From positions 1 through 64,000 of the forward strand of contig CAZSWP010000007.1 of assembly GCA_964610875.1 (NCBI GenBank): 64,000 bases of DNA, in the 5' to 3' direction. The number at the start of each line of letters is the position of its first letter. The first letter of the stretch is position 1. Below the pieces are notes generated by a model. It saw only the letters and a list, made by a program, of their open reading frames with translations. It did no database searches and was not told the origin of the DNA. The DNA comes from an uncultured archaeon. Lineage in GTDB: Archaea; Asgardarchaeota; Thorarchaeia; Thorarchaeales; Thorarchaeaceae. A program made the position numbers and the translations under genes. Positions 38,512 to 49,142 of the stretch are shown in pieces.

Positions 38512-39582
38512 CTATTTTTCTAGTTCGCCATATTTGTGACATCGTACCCAATGTCTATTTTCAACTTCTCTATATTCAGGTACTATCTCTTTACATATGT
38601 CGATGGCATATTCGCATCGAGGATGAAATGGACACCCTGATGGAATATCTGACATATCCGGAGGCTCACCAGGAATACCCCTGAGACTTGGTCTTTTCCC
38701 TGTTGCACGCATCTGCATCATAGCTATTGTTGGAAATGATCCCATCAATCCCATAGTATATGGATGTCCTGGTCTGTGAAACATCTGAACAGCGTCACCA
38801 ATCTCCATGATACGTCCGGCATACATCACAGCAACTCTATCTGCCATTTCAGCAATGACTCCTGCATCGTGACTGATTAGAATGATCGAAACATCAAAAT
38901 CATCTCTCACCATCTGAAGCACATTCATTATTTGACGTTGAATAGTGACATCAAGTGCCGAAGTAGGTTCATCTGCAATCACAAGATACGGGCCTGATAC
39001 CAATGCCATGGCGATCAGAATCCGTTGAGCCTCTCCTCCACTAAAGCTGCCTGGATCTAGTACGAATCTGGTGCCTGCATCGGCTAATCTGACGAGGTTC
39101 AACATTTCAAGAACCTTCTTCTTCATATCAAGCAATCTTACATTATCATCATGAATTTCCATAGGCTCTCCTGTCTGCATACCCACAGAATATTGTGGAT
39201 TTAACGCATGTGTTAGACCTTGTGGGATCATGGAGATTTCCTTGCCACGAATCTTGACTTGTTCATCTTTGTCAAGAGACAGAAGGTCTCGTCCTCGGAA
39301 GATGACATTACCTTGGGTGCCTGGCCTTTCCTCACCTTCTTTTTCAAACTCTTTTATTAATCTTGGAACATTGGAAGTTCCCGCTGCAAATCTAGCTACT
39401 CTGTCAAAGAGTCCTAACATTGCTAGAGCCATTGATGACTTGCCACAACCTGATTCACCTAAAATCCCAAGACATTCACCTGACTTGACTTCGAAAGAAA
39501 CATCGCGTACAGCTTTAATGAGGCCTTTCTTTGAAGGATAGTATGCATGCAAGTGTTCTACTTGGAGTAGTGGGTCATCCAT
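38512..39582 (-). CDS. orphan DppD-type ABC ATPase
   Basis: GESGCGKS, FSGGEAQR, DEPTSALD, ISHD, GCPFHPRC; likely ATG 39582. Confidence 0.88.
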   Translation of the reverse strand: MDDPLLQVEHLHAYYPSKKGLIKAVRDVSFEVKSGECLGILGESGCGKSSMALAMLGLFDRVARFAAGTSNVPRLIKEFEKEGEERPGTQGNVIFRGRDLLSLDKDEQVKIRGKEISMIPQGLTHALNPQYSVGMQTGEPMEIHDDNVRLLDMKKKVLEMLNLVRLADAGTRFVLDPGSFSGGEAQRILIAMALVSGPYLVIADEPTSALDVTIQRQIMNVLQMVRDDFDVSIILISHDAGVIAEMADRVAVMYAGRIMEIGDAVQMFHRPGHPYTMGLMGSFPTIAMMQMRATGKRPSLRGIPGEPPDMSDIPSGCPFHPRCEYAIDICKEIVPEYREVENRHWVRCHKYGELEK

Positions 39583-39648
39583 TTTGGTACACTCCAGACT
39601 CATTGTAGGCAAATGGTGAGCTATTAAAACACTTGTTGACTGTGCATT

Positions 39649-40482
39649 CTATGATTTCTTGGCAAGAACACCCGATACACTTTGCACACGTTTCACATTT
39701 TTAAAACCAATATCCCGTAGTCTAGTCATTACTCCTTTGGCTATGTCTTGTTTTCTGTACTTGGCTCCTGGAGTTCCAACGTAATGATATAGAATACCCT
39801 TGGGTCTTAGAGTCCTTAGAAGCTCTGAATAGAATTCACTTGTATAGAGTTCTGACGCCCAAGGCCATCGAGGAGGATCAAGTAAAATGGAATCAAACAT
39901 CTCATTATCAAATTCATGAATTATCACTGATGCATCTCCTTCTAGTAGTTCCACACGCTCGTCAATGAATAACTCACTTGACCAAGGATTGATTCTACTA
40001 AGTTCTATCACGTGAGGATCTTTCTCTATTGTGATTATGCTCTTGATACCTCTTTTCAAACATTGAATACAAGAGTATCCAAGACCAGTGCATATTTCAA
40101 GCATCGGAAATCCCTGATACGCACAGAGTTCAGATTTCAATCTTGCATCTTCCATCGGGTCCATTTCTTTCACCCTATGCATTAGAACACCATCAATCAA
40201 TAAAGCAGGCGCCTTTCCACTTTCAGATGGAAGTAATTTGTAGAAATGCTCAGCACGTATTGCTGCTTTGAATATTCCATCATCTCGGATGAAATAAATT
40301 GAATCGGTATCTTTTGCTATCTTTTGAAGAGAATCAACATCCCAAGGGTAGTCATCTACATCAATTCTCTGTCTAGTGCGTCCTAGATCTAAAGAAACCT
40401 CGATTTTCCTCTTATCGCTTTTAATTGCATGTAGGATTACCTTTGCAGTTGATGCGTCTAAGAAAATCATTTGGAACCACAA
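39649..40482 (-). CDS. COG2521-type archaeal SAM-dependent methyltransferase
   Basis: VSLDLG, IDGVLMHR, EICTGLGY, NPWS, DPPR...ELY. Confidence 0.85.
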   Translation of the reverse strand: MWFQMIFLDASTAKVILHAIKSDKRKIEVSLDLGRTRQRIDVDDYPWDVDSLQKIAKDTDSIYFIRDDGIFKAAIRAEHFYKLLPSESGKAPALLIDGVLMHRVKEMDPMEDARLKSELCAYQGFPMLEICTGLGYSCIQCLKRGIKSIITIEKDPHVIELSRINPWSSELFIDERVELLEGDASVIIHEFDNEMFDSILLDPPRWPWASELYTSEFYSELLRTLRPKGILYHYVGTPGAKYRKQDIAKGVMTRLRDIGFKNVKRVQSVSGVLAKKS

Positions 40483-40539
40483 TCTAGCTCTAAATTTCTA
40501 CCATGATTTCATGTTAATTTTTAAGCGTGAAAAGTTAGT

Positions 40540-41682
40540 GTGGACAAATCAAATAATGGTTGTGAAAGCGTGAGTAAATCATCAGTATACTTCACAGATA
40601 GAATCACAGAGCCTATGGATAATATGCTTGACCGTCTTGAGAAGGTGATTAAGAAACTAGGACTTCTTGACGATATTTCTCCCGGCGATACCGTCATGAT
40701 CAAGACACACTTTGGTGTTTGGGGAAATACAAATCATATCAGACCTGCATACATTCGTAAGGCTGTTGATCTTGTGAAATCTGCGGGGGGTGAACCCTTT
40801 GTATCTGAAACATGTGCCCTTGGATATGGAAAGTCTAGACCATACGGTGGTCGTTGTACTGCTGCTGATTATTTGAGGATGGCTGAGAAAAATGGGTTCT
40901 CTCCTGGAACACTAGGAGCCCCGATTGTTTTTGCTGATGGTTACTGGGGTGTTGATACATTTGATGTGCCAATAGATGGAGAATTTATCAAGAATGTACC
41001 TGTAGCTTCTGCATTATTGAATTGCGATAAAGTATTGGTTATCACACACGCAAAATTTCATGCGATGGGATTAGCGGGAACTCTGAAGAATATCGGCGTT
41101 GGTTTAGTTGGGAAAGGTGGTAAGATGTCGATTCATGCGCCTGATGGTCTACAGGTGAATCCATCTGAATGTAAAGGTCCTGATTGTTCAGCATGTATCG
41201 AAGTCTGTCCAACTCGCTGCATTTCAGTTGGAGATACATTGATAGTAGATATTGACCGTTGTGTCAGATGTGGTCATTGTGCAAGTGTTTGCGCTACTGT
41301 TGCTCGCGCTAAGGCAATATCGATGAGTTGGATTGGTTATGATATCACAAAAAGGGTTGTTGAGAATGCCATGGGTGTTATTTCATCCATTGGATTGGAA
41401 AAATTCTATTTCATCAATCTAGCAATAGACATCACGGAAAAATGTGATTGCATCTCTGTAGGTCGTCCATTACTTATGCATGATATCGGAATCTTCGGAT
41501 CAAGAGACCCTGTAGCAATTGACCATGCGACTCTCGAAAAAATGAAGAAATCCCAAATCTCCAAAATCTCTCCTGCTGCAGACACCTTCACGACCCTTGT
41601 CAAGAACTCGGAAAGCTTCTTCTCGCATGCTAAGAAGCTAAGGTTTGGCATAATCGATTATGAACTGAAATCTGTGAATTAG
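40540..41682 (+). CDS. DUF362 domain Fe-S protein with ferredoxin module
   Basis: IKTHFG, H.K.H...GTLKN.G.G, CSACIEVCP, CVRCGHC, CDC, DPVAID. Confidence 0.87.
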   Translation: MDKSNNGCESVSKSSVYFTDRITEPMDNMLDRLEKVIKKLGLLDDISPGDTVMIKTHFGVWGNTNHIRPAYIRKAVDLVKSAGGEPFVSETCALGYGKSRPYGGRCTAADYLRMAEKNGFSPGTLGAPIVFADGYWGVDTFDVPIDGEFIKNVPVASALLNCDKVLVITHAKFHAMGLAGTLKNIGVGLVGKGGKMSIHAPDGLQVNPSECKGPDCSACIEVCPTRCISVGDTLIVDIDRCVRCGHCASVCATVARAKAISMSWIGYDITKRVVENAMGVISSIGLEKFYFINLAIDITEKCDCISVGRPLLMHDIGIFGSRDPVAIDHATLEKMKKSQISKISPAADTFTTLVKNSESFFSHAKKLRFGIIDYELKSVN

Positions 41683-41702
41683 AACATAGGAGGTATGAAT
41701 GA

Positions 41703-42236
41703 TTGAAGATACAAGAATTCCGCGAGCTTCTTATTACCGCTCACAAAAATCAACGAAGACATCTATCAAGAATCCTTGAGGGGATACCTGATGATATCAT
41801 GCTGAAAGAATTATCTGAAGAGCGACTCAAGAATATGAAACGGATACTTGAGCATATAGCTTCAGCTGAGCTGTATTGGATAAATCGTGCTGGAGAAACA
41901 TCAGTCCCAACATTTGATGACAGGTCTCCCAAAGGATGTAAACAGCAACTTGAGAAAAACACCGAATGGATTACTGAAATCATGATGCAATGTTCATCTG
42001 CTGAACTAAGGATAGTAGGCCCATCTCAAAATGGAGGTCCAACGATTGCTTGGGCTCTTTTGCGTACATATCAACATGGTATATATCATGCTGGACAACT
42101 TGCTAAGATGCGCCGCATTTTGGGTGTAAAAGAATTAAGCCCTGATGATGATTATCTTTGGGGAACTGCTGTTGATTCTGTAATTAACATTGTACGAGAG
42201 TTTGTTGACACAGATTCATTTGGATTAGTAGAGTGA
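41703..42236 (+). CDS. DinB/YfiT family protein
   Basis: HIASAE.YW and HGIYHAGQL. Confidence 0.85.
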   Translation: MKIQEFRELLITAHKNQRRHLSRILEGIPDDIMLKELSEERLKNMKRILEHIASAELYWINRAGETSVPTFDDRSPKGCKQQLEKNTEWITEIMMQCSSAELRIVGPSQNGGPTIAWALLRTYQHGIYHAGQLAKMRRILGVKELSPDDDYLWGTAVDSVINIVREFVDTDSFGLVE

Positions 42237-43352
42237 AAATTCCGGAAGTTCCTCAAACCGATGGCACATTATCCAATGTTCTGGTTCAACCTCACGATAC
42301 TCAGGTAATTCATTCTTACACACATCTTTGCAATATTCGCATCTTGGATGAAATGGACACCCTTCTGGTGGGTTTGTCATATCAGGTGGACTACCTGGAA
42401 TACCTCTAATTCGATATCCTATCTCGCGTATTTTTCTAATCAATTCCATCGATGGATTACTCATTAAAAATGCTCTTGTAAATGGATGACCTGGATTCTT
42501 TAGAACCGTTTCTACATCAGCGAACTCCATTATCCTTCCTGCTGACATCACTCCAACATGGTCTGTTGATTCTGCAATGAGGCCTTGATCATTACTTATT
42601 AGTAACATTGTTAAATCGAGCTTTTCTTTGACCAATGCGATTGCATCCATAATCCTCCTTTGAACTCCCACGTCTAGTGCAGTTGTTGGTTCGTCCGCAA
42701 TCATAAAGGCTGGGTTCATTATGAGTGCCATAGCTATGAGGATACGTTGATCTTCTCCCATCGAAAATTCTCCTGGTTTCAGAGCTTTTCGAATATCTAC
42801 ATCTCCAAGTTCCACTAAATCAAGAGCCTGAAGCACTCTTCGAAGGACTTCTCTTTCAATCAGAATGTCATCATCATCATGAGCCCAGAGCGATTCTGCA
42901 GTTTGGAGTTCAATGTTGGTATAGGGATTCAAAGATTTGGTTGTGCTCTGTGGAACATAGGTTATCTCTGCACCACGTATCTTCCTGAATTCCTTTTCAT
43001 CTAGTGCTAAGAGGTCTTGTCCTCTATAGTAGATGTGACCTTCTACTCCAGGTAAATCTCTTCCATACTCTTTTGATGTCATACCTTTCTTGCGAGCCTC
43101 TTGCCGCATTTCCCAAAGTTTTCTGTTTTCTTCATCTCCAGAACCAGTGCCATAACTAGCAATCTGTTCAAATATCCCCATTATTGCGAGTGCGACCGAT
43201 GTTTTTCCGGAACCTGATTCTCCAAAAAGGCCTACTGATTCTCCTTCTCGTATTTCAAATGAAACATCATCTACTGCTTTTACAAGACCTCTAGTTGAGG
43301 TATAAAATGCAGAAAGATTCTCTACTTCCAACAGGTATTCATCGGATGGCAT
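42225..43352 (-). CDS. orphan DppD-type ABC ATPase with degenerate signature and H-loop
   Basis: GESGSGKT, FSMGEDQR, DEPTTALD, ISND, GCPFHPRC; likely ATG 43352. Confidence 0.85.
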   Translation of the reverse strand: MPSDEYLLEVENLSAFYTSTRGLVKAVDDVSFEIREGESVGLFGESGSGKTSVALAIMGIFEQIASYGTGSGDEENRKLWEMRQEARKKGMTSKEYGRDLPGVEGHIYYRGQDLLALDEKEFRKIRGAEITYVPQSTTKSLNPYTNIELQTAESLWAHDDDDILIEREVLRRVLQALDLVELGDVDIRKALKPGEFSMGEDQRILIAMALIMNPAFMIADEPTTALDVGVQRRIMDAIALVKEKLDLTMLLISNDQGLIAESTDHVGVMSAGRIMEFADVETVLKNPGHPFTRAFLMSNPSMELIRKIREIGYRIRGIPGSPPDMTNPPEGCPFHPRCEYCKDVCKNELPEYREVEPEHWIMCHRFEELPEFSLY

Positions 43353-43402
43353 GAATATTTTATAGGAACTATCGTAAAAATACTCTACTAAATAAGCAGG
43401 AT

Positions 43403-44905
43403 TCAAGATTTAGTCTTGAGGCGAATGGAGAAGATATTCCTATTCTCTTTTCTGCTATACTTTATTGAACCTTGATATCTGATAACTAATTTCTTTACTA
43501 TAAAGAGACCGAGACCTAATCCACTCTCGCTAGGTACAAACTTTTCAAACAAGGATTCTCTAACATTTGTGGGTAGTTGTGGACATGAATCTGAGATATC
43601 CACAAGAGCTGTATTATTTTCAATAGATGCTGAAATTCTCACTCTTGGAGAGTTCTCTCCACAATGGTCGAGACTATTCTTGATCAAATTGACAAAAATT
43701 TGGGTGAGAAATCCATCTGCTTGAATAAAAATATCATCCGTTGGTAACTCTAGGTCTACTTTTATCATGGTAAGATCAAGTACTTCCTTTAAAATAGAAA
43801 TGGCTTGATTTACTGAATCCACTATACTGATGGATTTAAGCTCTACTTCAACATCTCTTATCTGGGCTGCTTCTTGAACACGATTTATAATTGAGGAAAT
43901 ACGTTCGGCAATTTTTTCAATGGAGGTTTGCTCTTTGCTCGATGTAACGCTATCAAGTTCAAGAATATCCAGATAAATTCGTAATGCCTGTAGCAGATTT
44001 CCAATATCATGACTCCAAAGGCAGAGATAGAAGTCACTCTCCTCTTTTGCTACTTCGAGCTCTTGTGTTCTCAATTCCACTGTTTCCTGTAAGGAGAGAT
44101 TTTGCTCCAGTGTGAAAGTTTTGAATATTCCAAATGCCAGAAAAGCTAAACCCTCGGTTGAGATAACTATTGCAATCAGTGCTGAAATTCTATATGCTCC
44201 TTGGTTACCAACCGTGAATACTGTAGCGGTCACTATCATCAGCATTGCAAGCAATACTACTGTTGGAAGTGGTGTTTCACGTGTCTTCCACTTTGCTCCG
44301 TATATTACAATCAAATAAAGTACTAGAAAAAAAGCAAGGACTGAAACAAGAATTCCAGTAGTTGTTAAGCCTTGATTTTCAATAGCAAATGGTTGTGGTG
44401 ATATTGGTGATAGAACAGTGATTATAGCTATCAGTGGAATGATTAGGAATCCTATGATAGAAATAGCTATTACTGATTCTCTGGATAGAGGTTTGTTAGC
44501 ATTATAATATCCCAAAACTAGACTAATCGGTACAGCAAGAGATGCCATAGCGATGAGTAGTTGGCTTTTTGGCAAAGATTCTGCGAATGGAATTTGAAAC
44601 ATTATACCAGGATATGTTAGTGCAAATGTGAATGACAAGAATGCTGTATTAAAGAGGCCAATTGCAAATAATAAGTCTCTAAGTTTTCTATTCAAGTTGT
44701 AAAGAAAAATAGCTGCACCTGCTGCGAGAAAGCAGATGCTGCCCTCAATACCAATTAATAAGGTCATCCAATTAATGAACACACTTGCTTCAATTTCTAC
44801 ATGAATGCCCTCTTGTAGATAAAAGATGCCGTAAATGATTATGGAAAATATGAAGAAAGCAATAGCAATAACTTCAGTATTCTTGAACTCATTCTGGATA
44901 CACAA
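43403..44905 (-). CDS. membrane sensor histidine kinase
   Basis: about 8 TMs; H-box SHDIGN, N-box NLIKNS, G2 GLGLGL; G1 degenerate. Confidence 0.85.
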   Translation of the reverse strand: MCIQNEFKNTEVIAIAFFIFSIIIYGIFYLQEGIHVEIEASVFINWMTLLIGIEGSICFLAAGAAIFLYNLNRKLRDLLFAIGLFNTAFLSFTFALTYPGIMFQIPFAESLPKSQLLIAMASLAVPISLVLGYYNANKPLSRESVIAISIIGFLIIPLIAIITVLSPISPQPFAIENQGLTTTGILVSVLAFFLVLYLIVIYGAKWKTRETPLPTVVLLAMLMIVTATVFTVGNQGAYRISALIAIVISTEGLAFLAFGIFKTFTLEQNLSLQETVELRTQELEVAKEESDFYLCLWSHDIGNLLQALRIYLDILELDSVTSSKEQTSIEKIAERISSIINRVQEAAQIRDVEVELKSISIVDSVNQAISILKEVLDLTMIKVDLELPTDDIFIQADGFLTQIFVNLIKNSLDHCGENSPRVRISASIENNTALVDISDSCPQLPTNVRESLFEKFVPSESGLGLGLFIVKKLVIRYQGSIKYSRKENRNIFSIRLKTKS

Positions 44906-45042
44906 GTAACTCTCACATTACCTATTATTTAATATCAACTATTATGAACTAATGGTTTAAGTACAGTTGCTGTTTTAAAGTATTCTGTGAGGCATAAATG
45001 ATTTATCTCATGTAATCCTGACCGTTAGGATTAAAGGTTGTA

Positions 45043-46266
45043 TTGAAACCCTCCCGAGCTATAATGACCAACCACCGAGACTGGAACTCGATTGCAGTAT
45101 TCGCATCATATGCATTTCAGTCAATAGGGCAAGCTATGTCTTGGCAGTTCGTTACTTACTTCCTGAAGCATGATTTGGGTGTTTCCAGTTTCATCTTTCT
45201 AACAGTCATCTGGTCTACACCTGCTCTCATCACAATGGCTGCAGTCAATGGTTGGGGGTCTCTCTCTGACAAGAAAGGTAGACGCAAACCTTTCATGATA
45301 CTTGGATTTGCTGGGAATGCTTTTTCATTCCTTTTCTTTGCATTCGTAACCGATGGTATACAATACTTGATTGTATCAGCAATTGGAGCTGTATTCATTG
45401 CATCATCAATTCCAGCAGGTCAAGCATTCCTAACAACAAGAACTACTAGTAAAGGCGAAAGGTTAGGTCTCTTGCTAATGGCACAGTCTGCTGGGTGGTT
45501 GGTGGGGGCTCTCACAAGCGGTTTTCTCTATGATTTAATCGGTATGTCGGTAATCTACTTGATAGCTTCATCTCTCTGCTTTGCGGCAGTATTTCTCTGT
45601 CTTGGTTTTGTGAAAGATGAAGGATTGAAAGAGATTGAAGTCATTACAAGAATGAGATTCTCTGAGGTTCTTAAAATTCCAGGTATGATTCGACTAGCAT
45701 TAGCTGCTGCATTTAGTTCAATGGGTATCAATGCTGTGGCCTCTTTGATGACAATCATGATAGTCGATGAATTGCAAGGCTATACTTGGTATGTTGGGAT
45801 AGCAAACTCTACTGCAACATTTTTGGCGGTCCTAATCACTTGGTACATTGGAAAACTTATTGACCGGAGGGGTCCGGTAGGTGTCCTGTTTCTCGCATAT
45901 CTCTCATATGCAATATTCTCCATTGGATTTGCAATAGCTCCCACTGCAGAGATAGCAACTATTCTCTTCGCGTTGCCGATTTATCCTCTGGCCTCCACAG
46001 CAGCTTACGCTTACGCTGCACTGTTGTCTGGAGATAGTGAAAGAGGAAGCGCAATGGGTATCGTAAATGGTTCTCAAAACATGGGTGCTGCAATTGGACC
46101 CATTGTTGGAGGTATATTTGCTGAGCTAATTTTCTTCCATGTTCAACCAATTTCTTGGATTGGACTTATTTTCCAAATCGTCGCACTCCTTCTTTCGTTA
46201 ACTCTAGCTCGACGAATTGTAAGCGAGATAGATGACAAAGTAGTAGAGATTAAGACTGATACATAG
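45043..46266 (+). CDS. MFS transporter
   Basis: GSLSDKKGRRK and GKLIDRRG loops, about 12 TMs. Confidence 0.9.
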   Translation: MKPSRAIMTNHRDWNSIAVFASYAFQSIGQAMSWQFVTYFLKHDLGVSSFIFLTVIWSTPALITMAAVNGWGSLSDKKGRRKPFMILGFAGNAFSFLFFAFVTDGIQYLIVSAIGAVFIASSIPAGQAFLTTRTTSKGERLGLLLMAQSAGWLVGALTSGFLYDLIGMSVIYLIASSLCFAAVFLCLGFVKDEGLKEIEVITRMRFSEVLKIPGMIRLALAAAFSSMGINAVASLMTIMIVDELQGYTWYVGIANSTATFLAVLITWYIGKLIDRRGPVGVLFLAYLSYAIFSIGFAIAPTAEIATILFALPIYPLASTAAYAYAALLSGDSERGSAMGIVNGSQNMGAAIGPIVGGIFAELIFFHVQPISWIGLIFQIVALLLSLTLARRIVSEIDDKVVEIKTDT

Positions 46267-46294
46267 ATGATACTATTCTGAAAATAATTGATTT

Positions 46295-46666
46295 TCATTC
46301 GAAATCCAACAAGTGACCGCAGTTATTACATTTTGCTGATCCATCATCAGTCCATTCCAGCTCCTTTAGTGTGATGGATTGCTTACAAGCAGGACAGTGT
46401 TTCGGAATAACAAATGATTCAGTAGAGTGAAACTCTGAAAATGAATCTTGTATTAGGTCTACTCGAAATGTTGCCTCTTCGAGTAGTCGTCTTCTCTTCA
46501 TTACGGACTGCATCAAATGTTTCCATGCAAAGAATCCTAAGATAAAAAATATTCCAAGAAAGAGGAAAAGAATGTCAGAACTGAATCCCAACAAGATAAG
46601 TATAGTGCCAATGAATAGAGGTGTCAAGTGGTTCGTATTGGAATCTTGTTTCGACATCTCCTGCAC
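46295..46666 (-). CDS. small membrane protein with C-terminal Zn finger
   Basis: 2 TMs; CPAC...CNNC; abuts upstream amidohydrolase gene. Confidence 0.65.
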   Translation of the reverse strand: MQEMSKQDSNTNHLTPLFIGTILILLGFSSDILFLFLGIFFILGFFAWKHLMQSVMKRRRLLEEATFRVDLIQDSFSEFHSTESFVIPKHCPACKQSITLKELEWTDDGSAKCNNCGHLLDFE

Positions 46667-47856
46667 TACTCTTCAATTGGAATATCCTTTCCATTTATGA
46701 AGACTCTCTCAACCTTGCTATAGAATTCAAACGGATGTCCTGACCAAACGACTATGTCAGCATCTTTTCCTTTCTCAAGGGATCCTACTCTATGGCTAAT
46801 GTTGAGAATCTCTGCTGGATTGATAGTTACTGCTTTCAGCGCATCTTCTCTACTCATTCCATGTTTAATAGCATACATAGGTAGCAGTGGGAAGTAATTC
46901 ATTGGGGTCAAAGAATCTGTCTGAAGCGCAACCTTTACTCCAGCTCTATGTAGAACGACCGGTGTCTTGAATCCACGTTCTCTTGTTTCAGGTTTACTTA
47001 CCCAATACATTGTTGGCCCGATGACTGCTGGAACGTCATTTTCAGCAATAAACTCCGCAATCTTGTGTCCCTCAGTACAATGGATTATTACCAACCGAAG
47101 ATTAAATTCTTTGGCAATACGAATTATTGTCGCAATGTCGTCCGCTCGATGAGCATGGGCATGAAGAGGTACTTCCCGTTTGATGACTTTCGCGATAACC
47201 TCCATTCCTAGGTCTCTTTTAGGTGGTGCTGGTTCTGGTTCTCCTTTCTCTTTTGCTTGCCGTGCTTTTGAACCAAATGCTTTCCATTCTTCTAGATAGT
47301 TTCCACCATCAGTGAATGTTTTACGTAAGAGTGAGGCTGTACCCATTCTTGTTGATGGGGTTCGCTTCTCATTTCCATGCACTCTTTTTGGATTTTCACC
47401 GAGTGCGATTTTTAATCCTGAAGGGGCTAGTACCACCATTTCATCAGTTACCTTGGAACCCAATGGTTTGATTACAAAGGCCTGACCTCCAATGACATTA
47501 CCCGAACCTGGTCCCGTGTTTATACATGTAACACCTCCTTGTATTACCTCAATTAGGGACGGTTCATCTGGATTGAATGAATCAATGCCTCTCAACTCAG
47601 GTGTGATTGGTGTTGTCATTTCATTGCCATCACTTCCTGCCCATCCAATTGAACCATCGAAGAGACCTTGATGAGTATGTGCATCTATAAAACCGGGTAG
47701 AATATACTTGCCTTCAACATCTATAATCTCCGCGTCATCAGGAATTTGGACTGCCGGTCGAACATCTATAATTTTTCCATCATGGAATAGGACTGTTGCA
47801 TTTTCTAGGAGTCCATTTACTGGACAAAGAAGCGTTGCATTTATGAGAGCCTTCAA
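46666..47856 (-). CDS. metal-dependent amidohydrolase
   Basis: PGFIDAHTH, KIALGENPK, HAHRADD, IHCTEG, GKDAD. Confidence 0.9.
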   Translation of the reverse strand: MKALINATLLCPVNGLLENATVLFHDGKIIDVRPAVQIPDDAEIIDVEGKYILPGFIDAHTHQGLFDGSIGWAGSDGNEMTTPITPELRGIDSFNPDEPSLIEVIQGGVTCINTGPGSGNVIGGQAFVIKPLGSKVTDEMVVLAPSGLKIALGENPKRVHGNEKRTPSTRMGTASLLRKTFTDGGNYLEEWKAFGSKARQAKEKGEPEPAPPKRDLGMEVIAKVIKREVPLHAHAHRADDIATIIRIAKEFNLRLVIIHCTEGHKIAEFIAENDVPAVIGPTMYWVSKPETRERGFKTPVVLHRAGVKVALQTDSLTPMNYFPLLPMYAIKHGMSREDALKAVTINPAEILNISHRVGSLEKGKDADIVVWSGHPFEFYSKVERVFINGKDIPIEE

Positions 47857-47940
47857 GTAAATTCCTCAATCCTAATGATGAATTTACCCTGAGAAAAGTC
47901 TTCGGTTGCAACTGCTTTTAGTTATAATGTAAAAATTAGA

Positions 47941-47966
47941 TGATGGAGGAGTAATTACCTCCATCA
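47941..47966 (-). terminator. hairpin downstream of gap
   Basis: TGATGGAGG...CCTCCATCA perfect 9-bp stem. Confidence 0.5.
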
Positions 47967-47982
47967 AAATAATGTAAGTTGA

Positions 47983-48984
47983 CTAGAATTTGCGAGCGAC
48001 GATAGCAGCTAAATCAGCAAGTCTATGTGAATAACCTGCTTCATTGTCGTACCATCCTAAGATTTTTGCCATGTTCCCTGAAGTATATGTTAATAATGAA
48101 TCAAAGATACATGAATGTGGATTACCGATATAGTCAGAGGATACAAGTGGTGTTTCTGTATATTCCAAGTATCCTTTCAATTCTCCTTCTGCTGCTTTCT
48201 TGAAAGCTGAGTTAATCTCTTTATCAGAAGCACCTTTTTCCAAATTGAGGACAAGATCGACTATTGATACATCCATTGTTGGAACACGTAGTGCCATTCC
48301 ATTGAGTTTTCCATCAGCTTTTGGATAAACAAGACCAATAGCCTTTGCAGCTCCAGTTGTTGTAGGTACTATATTCCAGGTTGCTGCTCGAGCTCTTCTG
48401 ATATCGCTATGTTGCATATCCAAAATTCTTTGGTCGTTAGTGACTGAATGTACGGTTGTCATAAGTCCATTAACTATGCCAAAACTCTCGTCCATCACTT
48501 TAACCATTGGTGCTAAACAATTTGTTGTACAGGATGCATTAGAGATGACATGATGTTTATCTGGATTATAATCGCTATCATTAACACCAAGGACTACAGT
48601 GAACATTTCACTCTTTCCTGGTGCGCTGACTAAGACTTTCTTTGCACCAGCAGTTATGTGTTTTTCAGCATCTTCTCGCTTTCTAAATAGTCCTGTAGAT
48701 TCTATTACGATATCCACATCGAGTTTTTTCCATGGTAAGTTTCCCGGGTTTCTCTCTGAAAGAATCTTGATTTCTTGTCCATCTACAATAATGCTGTTCT
48801 CTGCGGTTTTTACTTCACCTGCGAAGGTGCCCATTACTGTATCATATTTGAACAGATGTCCAAGAGTTGCTGCATCTGACAAATCATTTGCTGCAATTAC
48901 CTCGACCTCTTTGTGTTCCAAAGCTGCCCTTAGAAATATTCTTCCAATTCTTCCAAATCCATTAATCGCCACACGTGCTACCAT
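47983..48984 (-). CDS. gap: glyceraldehyde-3-phosphate dehydrogenase, type I (bacterial/eukaryotic type)
   Basis: INGFGRIGR, SNASCTTNC, TTTGAAKA, WYDNE. Confidence 0.96.
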   Translation of the reverse strand: MVARVAINGFGRIGRIFLRAALEHKEVEVIAANDLSDAATLGHLFKYDTVMGTFAGEVKTAENSIIVDGQEIKILSERNPGNLPWKKLDVDIVIESTGLFRKREDAEKHITAGAKKVLVSAPGKSEMFTVVLGVNDSDYNPDKHHVISNASCTTNCLAPMVKVMDESFGIVNGLMTTVHSVTNDQRILDMQHSDIRRARAATWNIVPTTTGAAKAIGLVYPKADGKLNGMALRVPTMDVSIVDLVLNLEKGASDKEINSAFKKAAEGELKGYLEYTETPLVSSDYIGNPHSCIFDSLLTYTSGNMAKILGWYDNEAGYSHRLADLAAIVARKF

Positions 48985-49142
48985 TAGCTACTGCACCTCA
49001 TGATGCTCTATGTTCATATAATAGTTGAAATAGCCCCTCTATATGTCTTGCGTACCAACGATTTCGGGTCAAGATTTCTCTCCAGATTCATCAACACTAT
49101 CGTCCATAGGAGTCCTTTTCACTAGGACTGTATCCTTGAGAA

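Noticed and set aside
38379-38684. 101 aa + strand ORF with CAECC..YYC
   Set aside because: Overlaps the ATPase gene antisense by ~170 nt and runs through a terminator-like hairpin; no support as a real gene.
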